NCBI GenBank assembly: GCA_964364455.1
Contig: CAYIMR010000001.1
Span: forward strand, 2,403-66,402
From: an uncultured Planctomycetales bacterium
GTDB lineage: Bacteria; Omnitrophota; Gorgyraeia; Zapsychrales; Zapsychraceae
Length of the DNA stretch: 64,000 nucleotides
Direction: 5' to 3'
The notes under the pieces are model-generated. The model searched no databases. It saw only the letters and a program-made list of their open reading frames with translations, and was not told where the DNA came from. The position numbers and the translations under genes were made by a program. Shown here in pieces: positions 15,001 through 27,000 of this stretch (its first letter is position 1; the number at the start of each line of letters is the position of its first letter).

Positions 15001-18000
15001 CCATGGAATAATTGTAGGCGTAATATTGCACTCCATCACAAGAGGGCCTCTTTGCGCCGCGGCCTTGGATGGTAATCTTTTTAATCGAAGAATCTCCTTC
15101 AATGTTGTCCAATACCATGCGCGCGGGCAAAATAACCAAGCCCTTCCCGCTTCCTTGTACCGGTGAAGAGGAATACTTCCGTTCTCCCTTGGCCTGGACT
15201 TCGGCGACAACGGCGCGCGCGGGTATGGATCGATCGAGCGGAATGTTGATGAAGATCGACTCTTCCGCCGGTTTGGCATGAACTTCTTTAAATCGCTGGA
15301 CAACGCCTTGTGCGGAGTCACCAGACACACTCCGGGCACCGAACAGACCTCTGGAACCTGACATTGTCAAAATCGATTCTTCACCAGGAATTGTGCCGAT
15401 CGCAGGCGGATCGCGGAAGCTTAACTTGTGGCCGCGTCTGTTTTCAGCGAGGAGATAATTCCCGCCGTACCCAAGATAGCCGGCAATAGCCAGCCGGACA
15501 GCGGATGCGTCATGATGAGCTGGATTATCGATGGCAAGCCAGAGACCATACCATTGACCATTGACCATTGACCATTGACCATAAACTGATACCGGGATCA
15601 CGGCCGGAGTCTGCGGCAACGCCGCCGGTACCGCCGGAACGTTCGTTGTTGTATGGGCGGCTTTGAAGCTGAATTTCTTGGCATTGACCGCCATCTGTCC
15701 GGCCATATCCGCGATTACCTTGAGATCTTTGACGGAAACGATCTTTGTGCCGGCTGTGTTATGAGCGCGGACATATTCCGCCCAGACAAGATCATTGACA
15801 TCAACAACAGGCGAAGAAGAAGAGGCGACCACCGCGCCGACGGGCGAATTCGTTATTTCGTCTTTCGTCTTTCGTCCTTCGTCCGTCATTTCCTGTTCAC
15901 TGTACCCTGTCCCTGCACCAAGGGATACCCTGTCCCCTGCATCCATTGCTTCCTTCAGACTCAAAACAACCAGACCCTTCTTCTTGCGCTTAGGCTGGGT
16001 CTTCGCCCATTCGTCATAGCGCGGAAACCACAACGCCATCTGGAATTCCTTATCGGACAACTTGATCTTGACGGAATTCAACGCGGCGGACGCGCGGCCG
16101 CTGAAGTAAGCCCAAGCATCAACTAGGCTCAATTGAATCTTACCGTCGAAGCCGGGCACCAGAACGATTTCGGCAATCTTGACAATCCTGAAAGGCGCGA
16201 CTATACTTGGGATGAATATGAAAGGATTCTTTACTAATCGCAGGCGTGAACTGGTCGGCAAAAGTTTTGTGACTACCGAGGAATAAAATGTTTTTAGCAG
16301 GCCTATTAGCGGTAGCCGCCATAGCCGTGGTAATTGCCGTGTGGTTTGGAATCGATCAATACCGCGCCCATCACCACTAATCATTGCCCCTAAAGGCGCC
16401 GCCCCACCCGGTATTCTCGGTTGCCCGGAAAGGAGTGATGAATAAAATGTTATTCGTACTGGTAACGTTCTTGATGATCGGCCTGGCTTTCTTGATCTGG
16501 ATTGCCATCGACCAATACCGCCTGAAACATCATCATTGACCGGGTCTGCTTCGTCCCTCGCCCCTCGTCCCTCGTCCTTCATGGCCTCAAAATTCGGCGC
16601 GTTGGTCTTTCGGGCCAGATCTTCCTGAATGCCGCCCTGCGCCAAGACGCCCAAAGAAGCCGTTCGGATTGAGCCGAAGGTTAAGTTGACGAGAGACCGC
16701 GGATATGTTATAGCTACACTGTTAAATCGGGAGGTGGGATAATGGGAATATATATTTTGCTCGGCGGGTTTCTTATCTTCGCGCTTATTATCGCCGAGAT
16801 CGTGATCCGTCAGGACAGGGGCCGCCATCATCACGGAGCTTGATCCGCGCGATCCTTCTCCGATCGAGGCCTTCTGCGGCTTAAATATAATTCCGCCTTG
16901 ACCATATCTCTCAGACATGTTAGGATTTGACGATAATTTAGAGTAATCTTTAAAAGGAACAGAAAAGATGAAACGATTAAAAGTCTTTAATAATGACCAA
17001 TGGCTGACTAAGCACTTTAAAGAATTAGTAGATAAATACGCTGGTGGATTCATTATCGCGGTTAACGGCAAGATCGTATATACCAACAAAGACGGCTCAC
17101 CGCGCGATTTAGGGAAACGCGTCAAAAGAGAATTCCCTGATGCTACGCCCTTGTTTTTCCGAGTCCCATATCCCCATGAATTTATATGCGCTCTAATCAT
17201 TCTATAAAATTCCCCTACAAAACCTACAATAACATACCCTGTCCGATCATCACTCTTGATATCCGCAAAACGGCCATTGACGCCTATATCGATTCCGGAG
17301 CTTTCTACTCTATTTTCTCCATCAAGGAGGCTGAATGGCTCGGCATAGACTACACCAAAGGCAGGCAAGGCGGCGCTATGGTAGGGGACGGAAATATAAT
17401 TCCAGTATATTTTCATATCCTCCCTATAAGTATCGGCGGGATTTCCCTCAACGCCACGATAGGATTTTCCCCCAAACTTAATATCGGCTTCAACCTTTTG
17501 GGCAGAAAAGACATCTTCAACCGTTTTGTCATTATCTTCGATGACGCCAAAAGAAGTGTCACGTTGATTCCCCGCAAACACCAATAATTCTTCAGCGCCG
17601 GCGAAACCTGCATTATTTCCATTCGGCGCGTTGGTCAGACGCTCCAAAGCTTCTTTATTACCAATTTGCGCCAAGACACCCAATTGCTTGGCCGCGACAT
17701 AAACGATCCCCGCCGCCGCGACGAATGTTCCGGCAACCGCGTACGCTCCAACGCCGATGGCCGCCGTCGCAACAGCCGCAACACCCAGGCCGAGCAGGGT
17801 TTCAATCGTACCGAAGCCGGATTGCCGGGGGTCAATAACTGGGCTGGAACTCTTGCCGAAATTGTTGCTCTTAGCAGAATTTTCCCTTTTTTGTTTCAGG
17901 GTTTTTAAGGTTTCTTCATCCATGCCCATCTCAAACGACGGGTCATCCACAGGGGGGGAGGTTTTCTTTTCTGTGCCGATAAGGCCCAGGACTCTTTGCA

Positions 18001-21000
18001 GGTTGTTTTTCCAATTTTCAACCGCCCCATCCACAACATCCTGAGAAACATTTTTTATCGTAAAGAAATCATCAATGTCCGCCATCTGCCCTAGGATATC
18101 TAAATTGCCGATCGACCCATGCTGACCTTGCAAAATACCGGCCTTGAGGATAGCGTCCAAATTCCGGAGGTAATTGCCTCGCAACAACGAGGCGTACGCA
18201 TCCGGCGGCATACCCAATTCAGCGACGACGCCCCTTAGGATTTCCGGCCGCCCTTTATCATACGCGTCGAAGAACAGCGACAAACGGCGGTAATCCCCGA
18301 CCGGCAGGCGCATGACCACCCCGTATCGGTCAAACAGCGGCAAAACGCCGATCGTGTGCCGCGTTAACCGCCCGCCGCGTGAAAGCACCCGGCGTTCCCT
18401 TTCCATCATCCGCGAGATGCCTTGCGGGGTTTCCAACCCGACAGGTGTCCCGGATTGAAGCTGATGTTCCCAATCAAGGAATATCCCCGGTTTGCCGACG
18501 TGTTCTTTAAAAACAGTCGGCTCAAAGGTATCATTGAGATTATGCTTCGCGTAGCCTGGCGTCCCGGCGCCTTTAAACTCCAGGCCAAAGGCTTTGTGTT
18601 CTTTAGTCCCTGAGCCTTTGAGTTCTTCCCCTCTCGTGACAATAGCCCCTTCCTTATTGACACGGATCACCGCCGGCACCGGCAATAAAATCGACCGCCC
18701 GGCGATGCCCAGCATCGGCATCGTAAATGGCCGTTGTTGGGCGTCCACAACCCTCTTGAGCCCGAATCTTTTATACATCTCCTCGTCATTTAAGGCTCGT
18801 ATATACCGGGCCTGATGTAATAACGGCGCGCCTTTTTCGATTTCATAAGCCGGGCCAGCCAAAAACACAAACGATCCATTTTCATTATCAAGGACCCCGC
18901 TGAACTCCTCCGGCAACTGAACACCGGCGGGAATATTCCACCTTGACCCTTTTTTAACATAAACGTCGGCATCCAGATGCAAGAACGGCCTGCCGTGTTT
19001 GTAATATTTCCGCCCTCCTGTTTCTGGATCTGTAAATATGCCGGCCGCCTGATTTGTCAGGGCCTCATCCCGATACCGCCCTGCCACCTTTTGAAGGCAC
19101 GACAACTTTTCAAGATCAAACACCGGGCTGGAGGACTTAGACTTTCGGGCAACAACGTAATAATCAGAGTCATTGAAAAGCTCTACGCTGTATCGCGCGA
19201 ATAATGGATGCATCATCCGGTGGATCCGTTCTTCTGTCTGGAAGAATGTCCTAAACCACCCTCGTTCGGCAAAATGCTTAACAACCGCCGGTGCCAACAG
19301 CCCCTTCCTCCATAACCCCTGCAGAATCAAGAAAGCGGAAACCTTGTAAACGCCCCTCACATAACCGTTCGTCCTTGTGTAATGGCTCCAGGCTTTCTCC
19401 CTGGCCAGGAAGTTGCCGATAAACGTGCCGCCCGGCGCCAGCCTCCCTGCCATCATGCCCACCGCTTTGTCTAAATCAGAAAGGTGGAATAACGTGTCAA
19501 GCGAAACAACAACATCCACACCGCTGATAAGCTGAAGGACCCTGGAATCATAAATATCCATATTTAAGACAGTCACCTTGCCGGCATTGGGGCCTTGGAT
19601 CCTCTGGCGCAACCGCACCAATGCCTCGGCGTTGACATCCACCGCGTATATCGCTTTCACATTTTCTAACGCCGCCACCTTTTTGGTGAGCCCGCCGGCG
19701 CCGGATCCAAAATCAGCGACAACCAGCTTATCCCCGGCTTTTCTCACCTCTTCCACGGTTCTGTCTTCAAGTTTTGTGTGCATGCTAAAAATACTCTTTT
19801 CCGGCGTCACATCAAAAACACGATGTCCTTTACGCTCAATCCAATGAAGAATAGTATGCTTCGGCAAATCCTTAACCGGACTGCTGGTTACAGACACCTC
19901 TTTGATTAATTGAGCAAGTTTCTCCTTAACTTGAGAATCAGAAGCTGCCGGCGGATGAATATGGTCTATTTCCTCTTGGAGCAGGATAGTATACCCTGAC
20001 ATCTCGTTAACACCATAACCGCCTAGCATCTCATCGGGTTTCCTCTTGGACCTCGGGAATAAATGCGCACGCACCTGTCCATTCCCGATATCGACCCATT
20101 TGATATCGATCATGTTTTCCGTAATTCCACCGGAGAGCAATTGTTTAATCTTCTTGCTGGCATTATAGATAACCTCTCCCATCATGCCGCTGTAGACAAA
20201 ATTCACCGCAGGCCAATTAGGTACCTGCTGGCCGGCCTCAGAAACTAAGTCGACAACCTCCCTTTTATCAATGGGGAAGCGCCCTAAGAACCCTTGGAAA
20301 TGGGCATGATGTTTAATAGAACGCCCGGGGCCGTTCCAGTAAATGGTAGCATGAGGCATCACCACGGCAAGAAGCGCGCCAAGGCCCATAACCTTATTTA
20401 ATGATGGCTGAATGCCGTGTTTCCGATAGGCGATTACAAAACTCGGCGTTTTCCTTGCCTCATCTGTCCCCCAGAAAAATGGATTGATATACATTGCCCA
20501 ATCCTTCAATCCGGAATGGAACCGGCTTAGATCAATACCGCGTTCGGCCAACGGCATATAAGCCGCGCAGAGATTACATTTGCCATCTCCTTTAAAACGA
20601 AGATTAAATACCGATTTTAAGACCAAATCTCTCCATATCTGTTTAGCCGCCAAATAGGTCCCGTAAACAGTTTGCCCCCTGATATTGTTAAAAATATTTA
20701 AGATACCTAATGGGTTCTCAACAGATAAACCCTTTGCGTAATCAGCTCCACGATGTGCGGCATAAACGATTTGATAATCGTCACCGACAGGATAGACTGT
20801 AATACCATTTTCTAATTGCTCTTTTGCAATAAATCCTGCCGCAAGCTGCTGGCGGACCAGGTCCCTAAACTTTTCTTCTATCGTATTCCCTTTAAGGGGC
20901 CTTATCGCATTCCATAATAGAACCAAATTGTTTTTACTAAATATATTTAACGGGCTTGAGGTGTTATCATTTAATATCGGCGAGCTTATGACAGCTTCGG

Positions 21001-24000
21001 CATTATTGTTGTTTTGATGATCAAGTTCCTTACTTAACCAAGCATACACATTCATGTAATATCCCAAGCTTCGGTCCCAGCGATTGTCTGCCTGCATGGC
21101 ATTGGTGATCCTCTTATCCCAATTCCTAGGATTGTTTTTGTAAATATTAACTGCCCTCTCAATCGTTACATAAAGCTGACCCGTATTAATAGCCCGGCGA
21201 CGGATGTCTTCTTCGGGTGTGGCAAACGTTCGGCTGACCCCGGCAAAAACAAATCCCGTCGGCTTAGAACCAAGCTCAGCAACCGTATCGGCTAAGCCAC
21301 CGGTTTTGCGGACCAACGGAAGCGTCCCATAACGCATCGCTATCTGCTGATTGATACCGCTGGGCTCATAATCCGAGGGTACAAGAAGCATATCTGCCCC
21401 AGCATAAATCATCCGTGCCAGTTTGTCGCTAAAGGCCTTCACATAAACAGTCCGTTCCAGAGAATCTTTGCCCGCTAATTCAGCCAAATCGTCCTCAAGC
21501 CACTTTTCTCCCGTCCCTAAAATAACCAGATCAATACCTAAGCGTTCTTTTCGCCCGCGATGGATATCATCAATCATGTCGGCAAGGATATCGAACTGTT
21601 TCTGGTCGACCAGCCTTGAAACAACTCCAACCAGTATCCTATCAGGATGGCCATGGCCTAAGTGGCCGTATTGTTTATCCGTAACAAGGCCGATTTCCTG
21701 AATCCCGCCTCTCTTGGATAAAAGTTTCTTTAACACATCCTTGTTGATATTCTTGGCCTTTCGGATATCCTCAATAGCGTCTTTACTGATATCATAATTT
21801 TCCGCAAGCGCCGTGTCTGTCGCGGGGTTCCAAACCTCAAAATCAATCCCATTTAAGATCCCGCCAAAACGGTTGGAGACATCCTGTAGAAGCCTATCGA
21901 TTTCAAAATAGGTACCCCTGATTTCCTTGGCATAGGTTTCACTGACCGTGTTGATATAATTGCCCTTGCCTCCCAAACGCAATATCACCTCAGGGACTGT
22001 TGCCATAAAATTCAATCTCCCCGACTTGACGATAAAAGGCTCTATATTACTCAACCCGATCTCCGGCAACCATTCCACGGGATACTCGCCTTGGTATCCA
22101 ATATTATGAATGGTGAAGATACTCCCTGTCCGCGCGAAATAATCGCCAAATCCCGACCGCATATAAAGGGAAGCGAGGGCGGTATGGTGGTCGTTTGTAT
22201 GGATAATCTCCGGTCTTATCCCCAGTTGTTTAAATAATTCCAAGGCCCCGCGCGATAACAAGATCGATTCATAAAATTCTGTTTCCTTCCCGGAATATGG
22301 ATTAACAAACATATCTTCACTCTGAGCCACAAGCATATACACCGTAATGCCGTCTATGGCAGTCTTTTTAACCCTGAGAATTTCATCTTTCCTCCTATTA
22401 AACGGTATTTTTATTTCAACCCCCTCAACATCTTCAGCCTCATACCTCTCTAATTTCTCGACCATTGAGGCAAAATATGGCATAACAACACTCACATCCT
22501 TGCCTGCCTTGGCAAAGGCTTTAAATAATTCATGCATAACATCACCTTGGCCGCCTACTTTCACTAAAGGTCCAAATTCCATGCCGATGGCGGCAATGCT
22601 TCCCTCATATTGCTGCATAATTCCAACAAAACCATTACCGCTTTGTAAATCAGCCCATTCCAACTCTCCGTCAATTCCTTTAAAGGCAACCGTGTAATCA
22701 AAACTATCCGCGGAATTCATTTTAAGTTCATAGACTGCACGGCCATCCTCACGGTTTTCCACAAACTCAAACGGCGTTTCAAAGAATTTCCACGGGCCCT
22801 CTTCATTGCTTAACTTATACCAAAGCCTCACATCCCTATTGCCGTCAACATCCCCTCGATTGGCAATGGTCCGTAAAGTAATATTACCGCCTGCCGCACT
22901 CTGCCACACACGGCTTGCCTCTTCGATATATCCACCCCTTAATTCATCCGGCAGTACCACACCCAGACTTTTCGTCAACTCCTTATTTCCGATCATCAAG
23001 CTCCGCTTAACATTTTCCTGCAACACATAATTTAAGGATTGTTTAAGGCCGTAATCCTCCTGTATTTTTCGATAGAGTATCCGGCGGGCATCTTCCTCGT
23101 CCAAATGCGATAAAATCAAATGGCTGATTTCGTCAAACATAACCATTTTTAAAGCATTGAGCAGATGAGATGCGTATTGAATGTCCTTTTGTAGCTCATC
23201 AGGGATTTGAAGAAGCCGGTAAGATAAATAGATCACGCCTTCCTTGATATGGGCCGCATGCTCGGCCCGGCCGTGAAGCCGTATTGATACTGTCCTTTCT
23301 GATTTTCCTTCATCGTCTCCTTCAAAGAACATTTCTTTATGGCCCGGAAGCTGCTGGTCAAGGGCATATATCAGCGCCGATTCAACAGCCTCTTTAATCT
23401 TCGGCGTACTATCGCCTTCCACTTTGACTGTTATTTCCCCCGCCTCATTCATCTCAACCATTGCCTCTAGCGATACCCTCCTCTTTCCTGGCCACCTCTT
23501 CGCTTTCATCGGAAAAACGCCTTTTTCTTTCTTCGAAGAAATCTTTTGAACCGGTGAGGAGGTTTCTGCTTGTGGCAGGCCTTTGGACTGGACCAAAACA
23601 ATGTTGGAAATATAGCTGAAAGATCCTCCCGTCCATCCCATAGTGGTGGTTAGCTTATCAGTTTTAAATCCTAGTTTTTCACCATAGTCTGCCAATGTTT
23701 CAAAATCAACCCTGTGCGTGATATCGACCGAGGAAACTTGGCGGCCGAAAAGGCGTGTTAACGGCAAACTGATATTATAAACATAAACACTGGGCTGTCC
23801 GGGTTGCGTATAAACGTCTTCGCGCTTGAGCTCTCCGTAATCCAGCGTAATAACGTAACCGCGCCGCAAGGCACGGGAAACCTCTTTATTCCATCGCAGG
23901 GCCTCTAAATTAACCGCAAATTCCGTCCCTTCAGGAGGGATGACCTTATCCGCCCAGTTCGCAAAATACGCGGCAATGGTTTGATCGGAGATTCCTCCCT

Positions 24001-27000
24001 CAACTTCTTTATAAGTGCCATCTCTGTAATCGACATAAATTTCTTTTAGCCTACCTTGCCGGACAACCACGCGGTGGACAGGGAACGTATCCAAGAGCTC
24101 GTTGGAAAGGAAGATCCCCTCAACGCTTTCATCCTCAAACGGCAAATTCCTGGCTGAACCATTAAGAAGAGTGACCTTTTCTTTATAATCTTTTGCCTGT
24201 AGTTTTTCTTCGACTGTCTTAAGAAGTTCGGGGCTGATTTCCACATCGACGCACTTGATAGCGTTCCATAGATCTCTGTAACGGGCCTCCCCTTCCAGGG
24301 CCTCCATGAAATTCACCATAAGACTCCCGTCACCGCCGCCCATTTCGACAACTGTAAATTCATCAGGGCTCCCCATGTTCTTCCAATATTCAAAGATCTT
24401 AGCCACAACGCTTCTTATCCTTTCTTTATGCTTCGAATCTGTTTCAAAAGATATGTCCCTGTGGCCTGTGTAATAAGCACCTTCTGCGTAAAGAACTTCT
24501 TCCTGGAATTTGTCAAAGGTCATTACCTCGCGTCTCTTGACCTGAAGTGCGGCCTCTTTGGCCCTTTCCACCGGAGAAGAAGAGCCTTGCCGAAGGTTAT
24601 CTGCGTTATTTTCTATGATAATTTTCGTATCACGAAGGAATAACCTTCCATTTACTTTTCTGAACTCCCCTCTTTCGATGACGACAACGATATCTTGTCC
24701 TTCAGAGAGCGTGTTCAAATCCACTTCCATGCCTGTGTTGTTCTCAATTTCTATCTCTCCTTCCAACTCGGCATCCTTTAAGTGCACCACACCCTTAATC
24801 TCTATTCCCTTTAATTTCGCCACGCTGGCCCGGCCAAAGGCATTGATGACATGCATTGCATCCAAATAGAACTTGTCATGCAAATTAAACAGCGGCGGCG
24901 CGTGCCCGGCATACCTGTCCTCCAGCATCCACTTCCTCCGATTCAATTGATAATAATCACTATAGGCCTGCAGCCAGAAGTCAATGGCAAACTTAATCGG
25001 CGTAAAGAATTGCGTTCTTCGGGTGACATCAACATTGACAATTCTTAAAATTTTATCCACCTGGTATCTCTCTAAGATCGCTCTTACCATTGGGTTCTTG
25101 CTCGTCATAAAATAGTTGTGAACGTTCAAAAAGACAGTCCCAATTGGCCCTTCTAATTGAATATAATCCTTACCATCTTTTCCTTTTTTATCCGCAACAA
25201 TGAGGTCTGGCGCGAATATCTTTTGCAGCTCCTCCATGTTGCCTTCAAATACTTCGCTTCGTAAATCTTGTAAAATCTTGGCCAATAAACTGTAATTGAT
25301 AAGCGCGATGTTGGTATTGAAGTACTGCGCGCCTTCCTCTCCTTCTCCGCCTTTTAAGCCCACTTCCTGGAAAACCGTTTCTTGTTGATTATTCTTCGCT
25401 GAATTCAACTCTAACATCCTCACCGTTACTTTCCCGTCCGCTAAAAATTCAACGCCGATCATGCCTCCCTTGCGATCAATACCTGTCTTGGTAGTGGAGA
25501 CCATCACCAAGGGGACATTGCGCTTCAACATCCATTCCACAATATATCGGTCCGGCATATTGTTGGTGCCATCGCCATTATAAAACGCCACCACGATATT
25601 ACTCTCTTCAGACGCATAATCATGATCCAATGCCCCTCTTAAATACTTGAATCCCCATTCTCCGTGACTGGCCGAAGATTCTCTCGCGTAGGTCGCTTCC
25701 TTTGTCTGCGCATCCAGCGAGGGATAAAATGGCGCCACCTGCATCCTTACCTCTATACCTGACTCATCAAGGATCTGTTTATAACTGCGTTCCTCCGCGA
25801 TCAGTTTGCCCTCTAGCAGATCCGGCAAATACGGCCGTTCTAACAACGTTTCGTAGGATGGCTTGGAATCGTCGCTGACAATCGGCTGGAATACCACTTT
25901 CCCGTGATACTCTCTTCTTTGAACTTCTTGAATTAATCGCAATAACTTCACTTCTGCGACGCTTACGATCTTCTCCCCATAGATCCCTTCAAATCCAAGA
26001 TCCGTACCCTTGGCCCCCAGTTCGTTTCTTCCCCAGAATTTTTTTACATAACTCTCGCGTTCAAGGCTTGTTCCTAATCCGGCATCTAAATTCCCCAGCC
26101 TGATCTCGTAAACTCTTTTGGCTTCATCTGCTCTCATTTCCTCGACAATAGTTTCATAATCCTGGGCCCCTAACAAATCCCTGCGCTGATCTTCCGTCAA
26201 CAATGCCGAAGGATAAAAATTCCCCTGGTTATTTCTGGTTTTAATGATCAATTTCGGACGGTCAGCGGACGGGTTCCGATACAATCGCAAGAATGTCTTC
26301 CACAGATCCCTGCTGTAGTTATCCAATCCCCGTTGATCAAAAATTCTTTCAAGAGATTCATCGTCTTGCGCGTCCTCAACCGGTGAACTCGCGGCCGGCC
26401 CCATCAAATCAGCCAATAACCTCTTCACCTCGTCTCTGGCCTCGCCGGCAAGCCATTTCTGAATTCCTTGTTTGACCAATTCTTCGATGTTGGCCGTTCC
26501 GACGCCCGGGACACTGCGGATGACATTGACCTTGTGATCGTAAATATGGGTGATATTGACTCCCGTTTCCTGCAAGCTGTTGACCAACGCTCTTTCCAAC
26601 TCATCGAGCCTGTGGGCGGCGGCCATAATCCTGTCGCTGGCCCCCTCGCCAAAGTGGATATGCATGTCGATGTCACTGCCCTCAACCGCTTCGCCGCTTG
26701 GCACGGAACCGGCCGCGTATCCGCCGCGGATAAGGTCAGAACCGAACTCCTCTTGTAATTTTTTGACAAGGGCAAAACCTGACAGGGAGAGAACAACCGG
26801 ATAAATTCTTTGCCCCCACGCGGTGACGGCAGATTTTCTGATACTCTGGATGCCGGAGGCGTCGTCGTAGAGCTTGATGATTTCTTCTTCACCCGCCTTG
26901 GCGGCGATCATTTCTTTGATAACGCGGGCAACCTGATTGAAGTTGATCGGAGAGGAAGATTCTGCGGAAATATTCTTCTCTGTCCCCTGTGCTCCGTTGA

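Noticed and set aside
16212-16286. 24-aa ORF MNMKGFFTNRRRELVGKSFVTTEE directly after the 16179 promoter
   Set aside because: Could be a leaderless upstream ORF coupled to microprotein 1, but has no RBS, motif or paralog to support it.
23100-23300. Zincin-like motif DEISH upstream of glycogen synthase
   Set aside because: First His of HExxH is missing and there is no further support.
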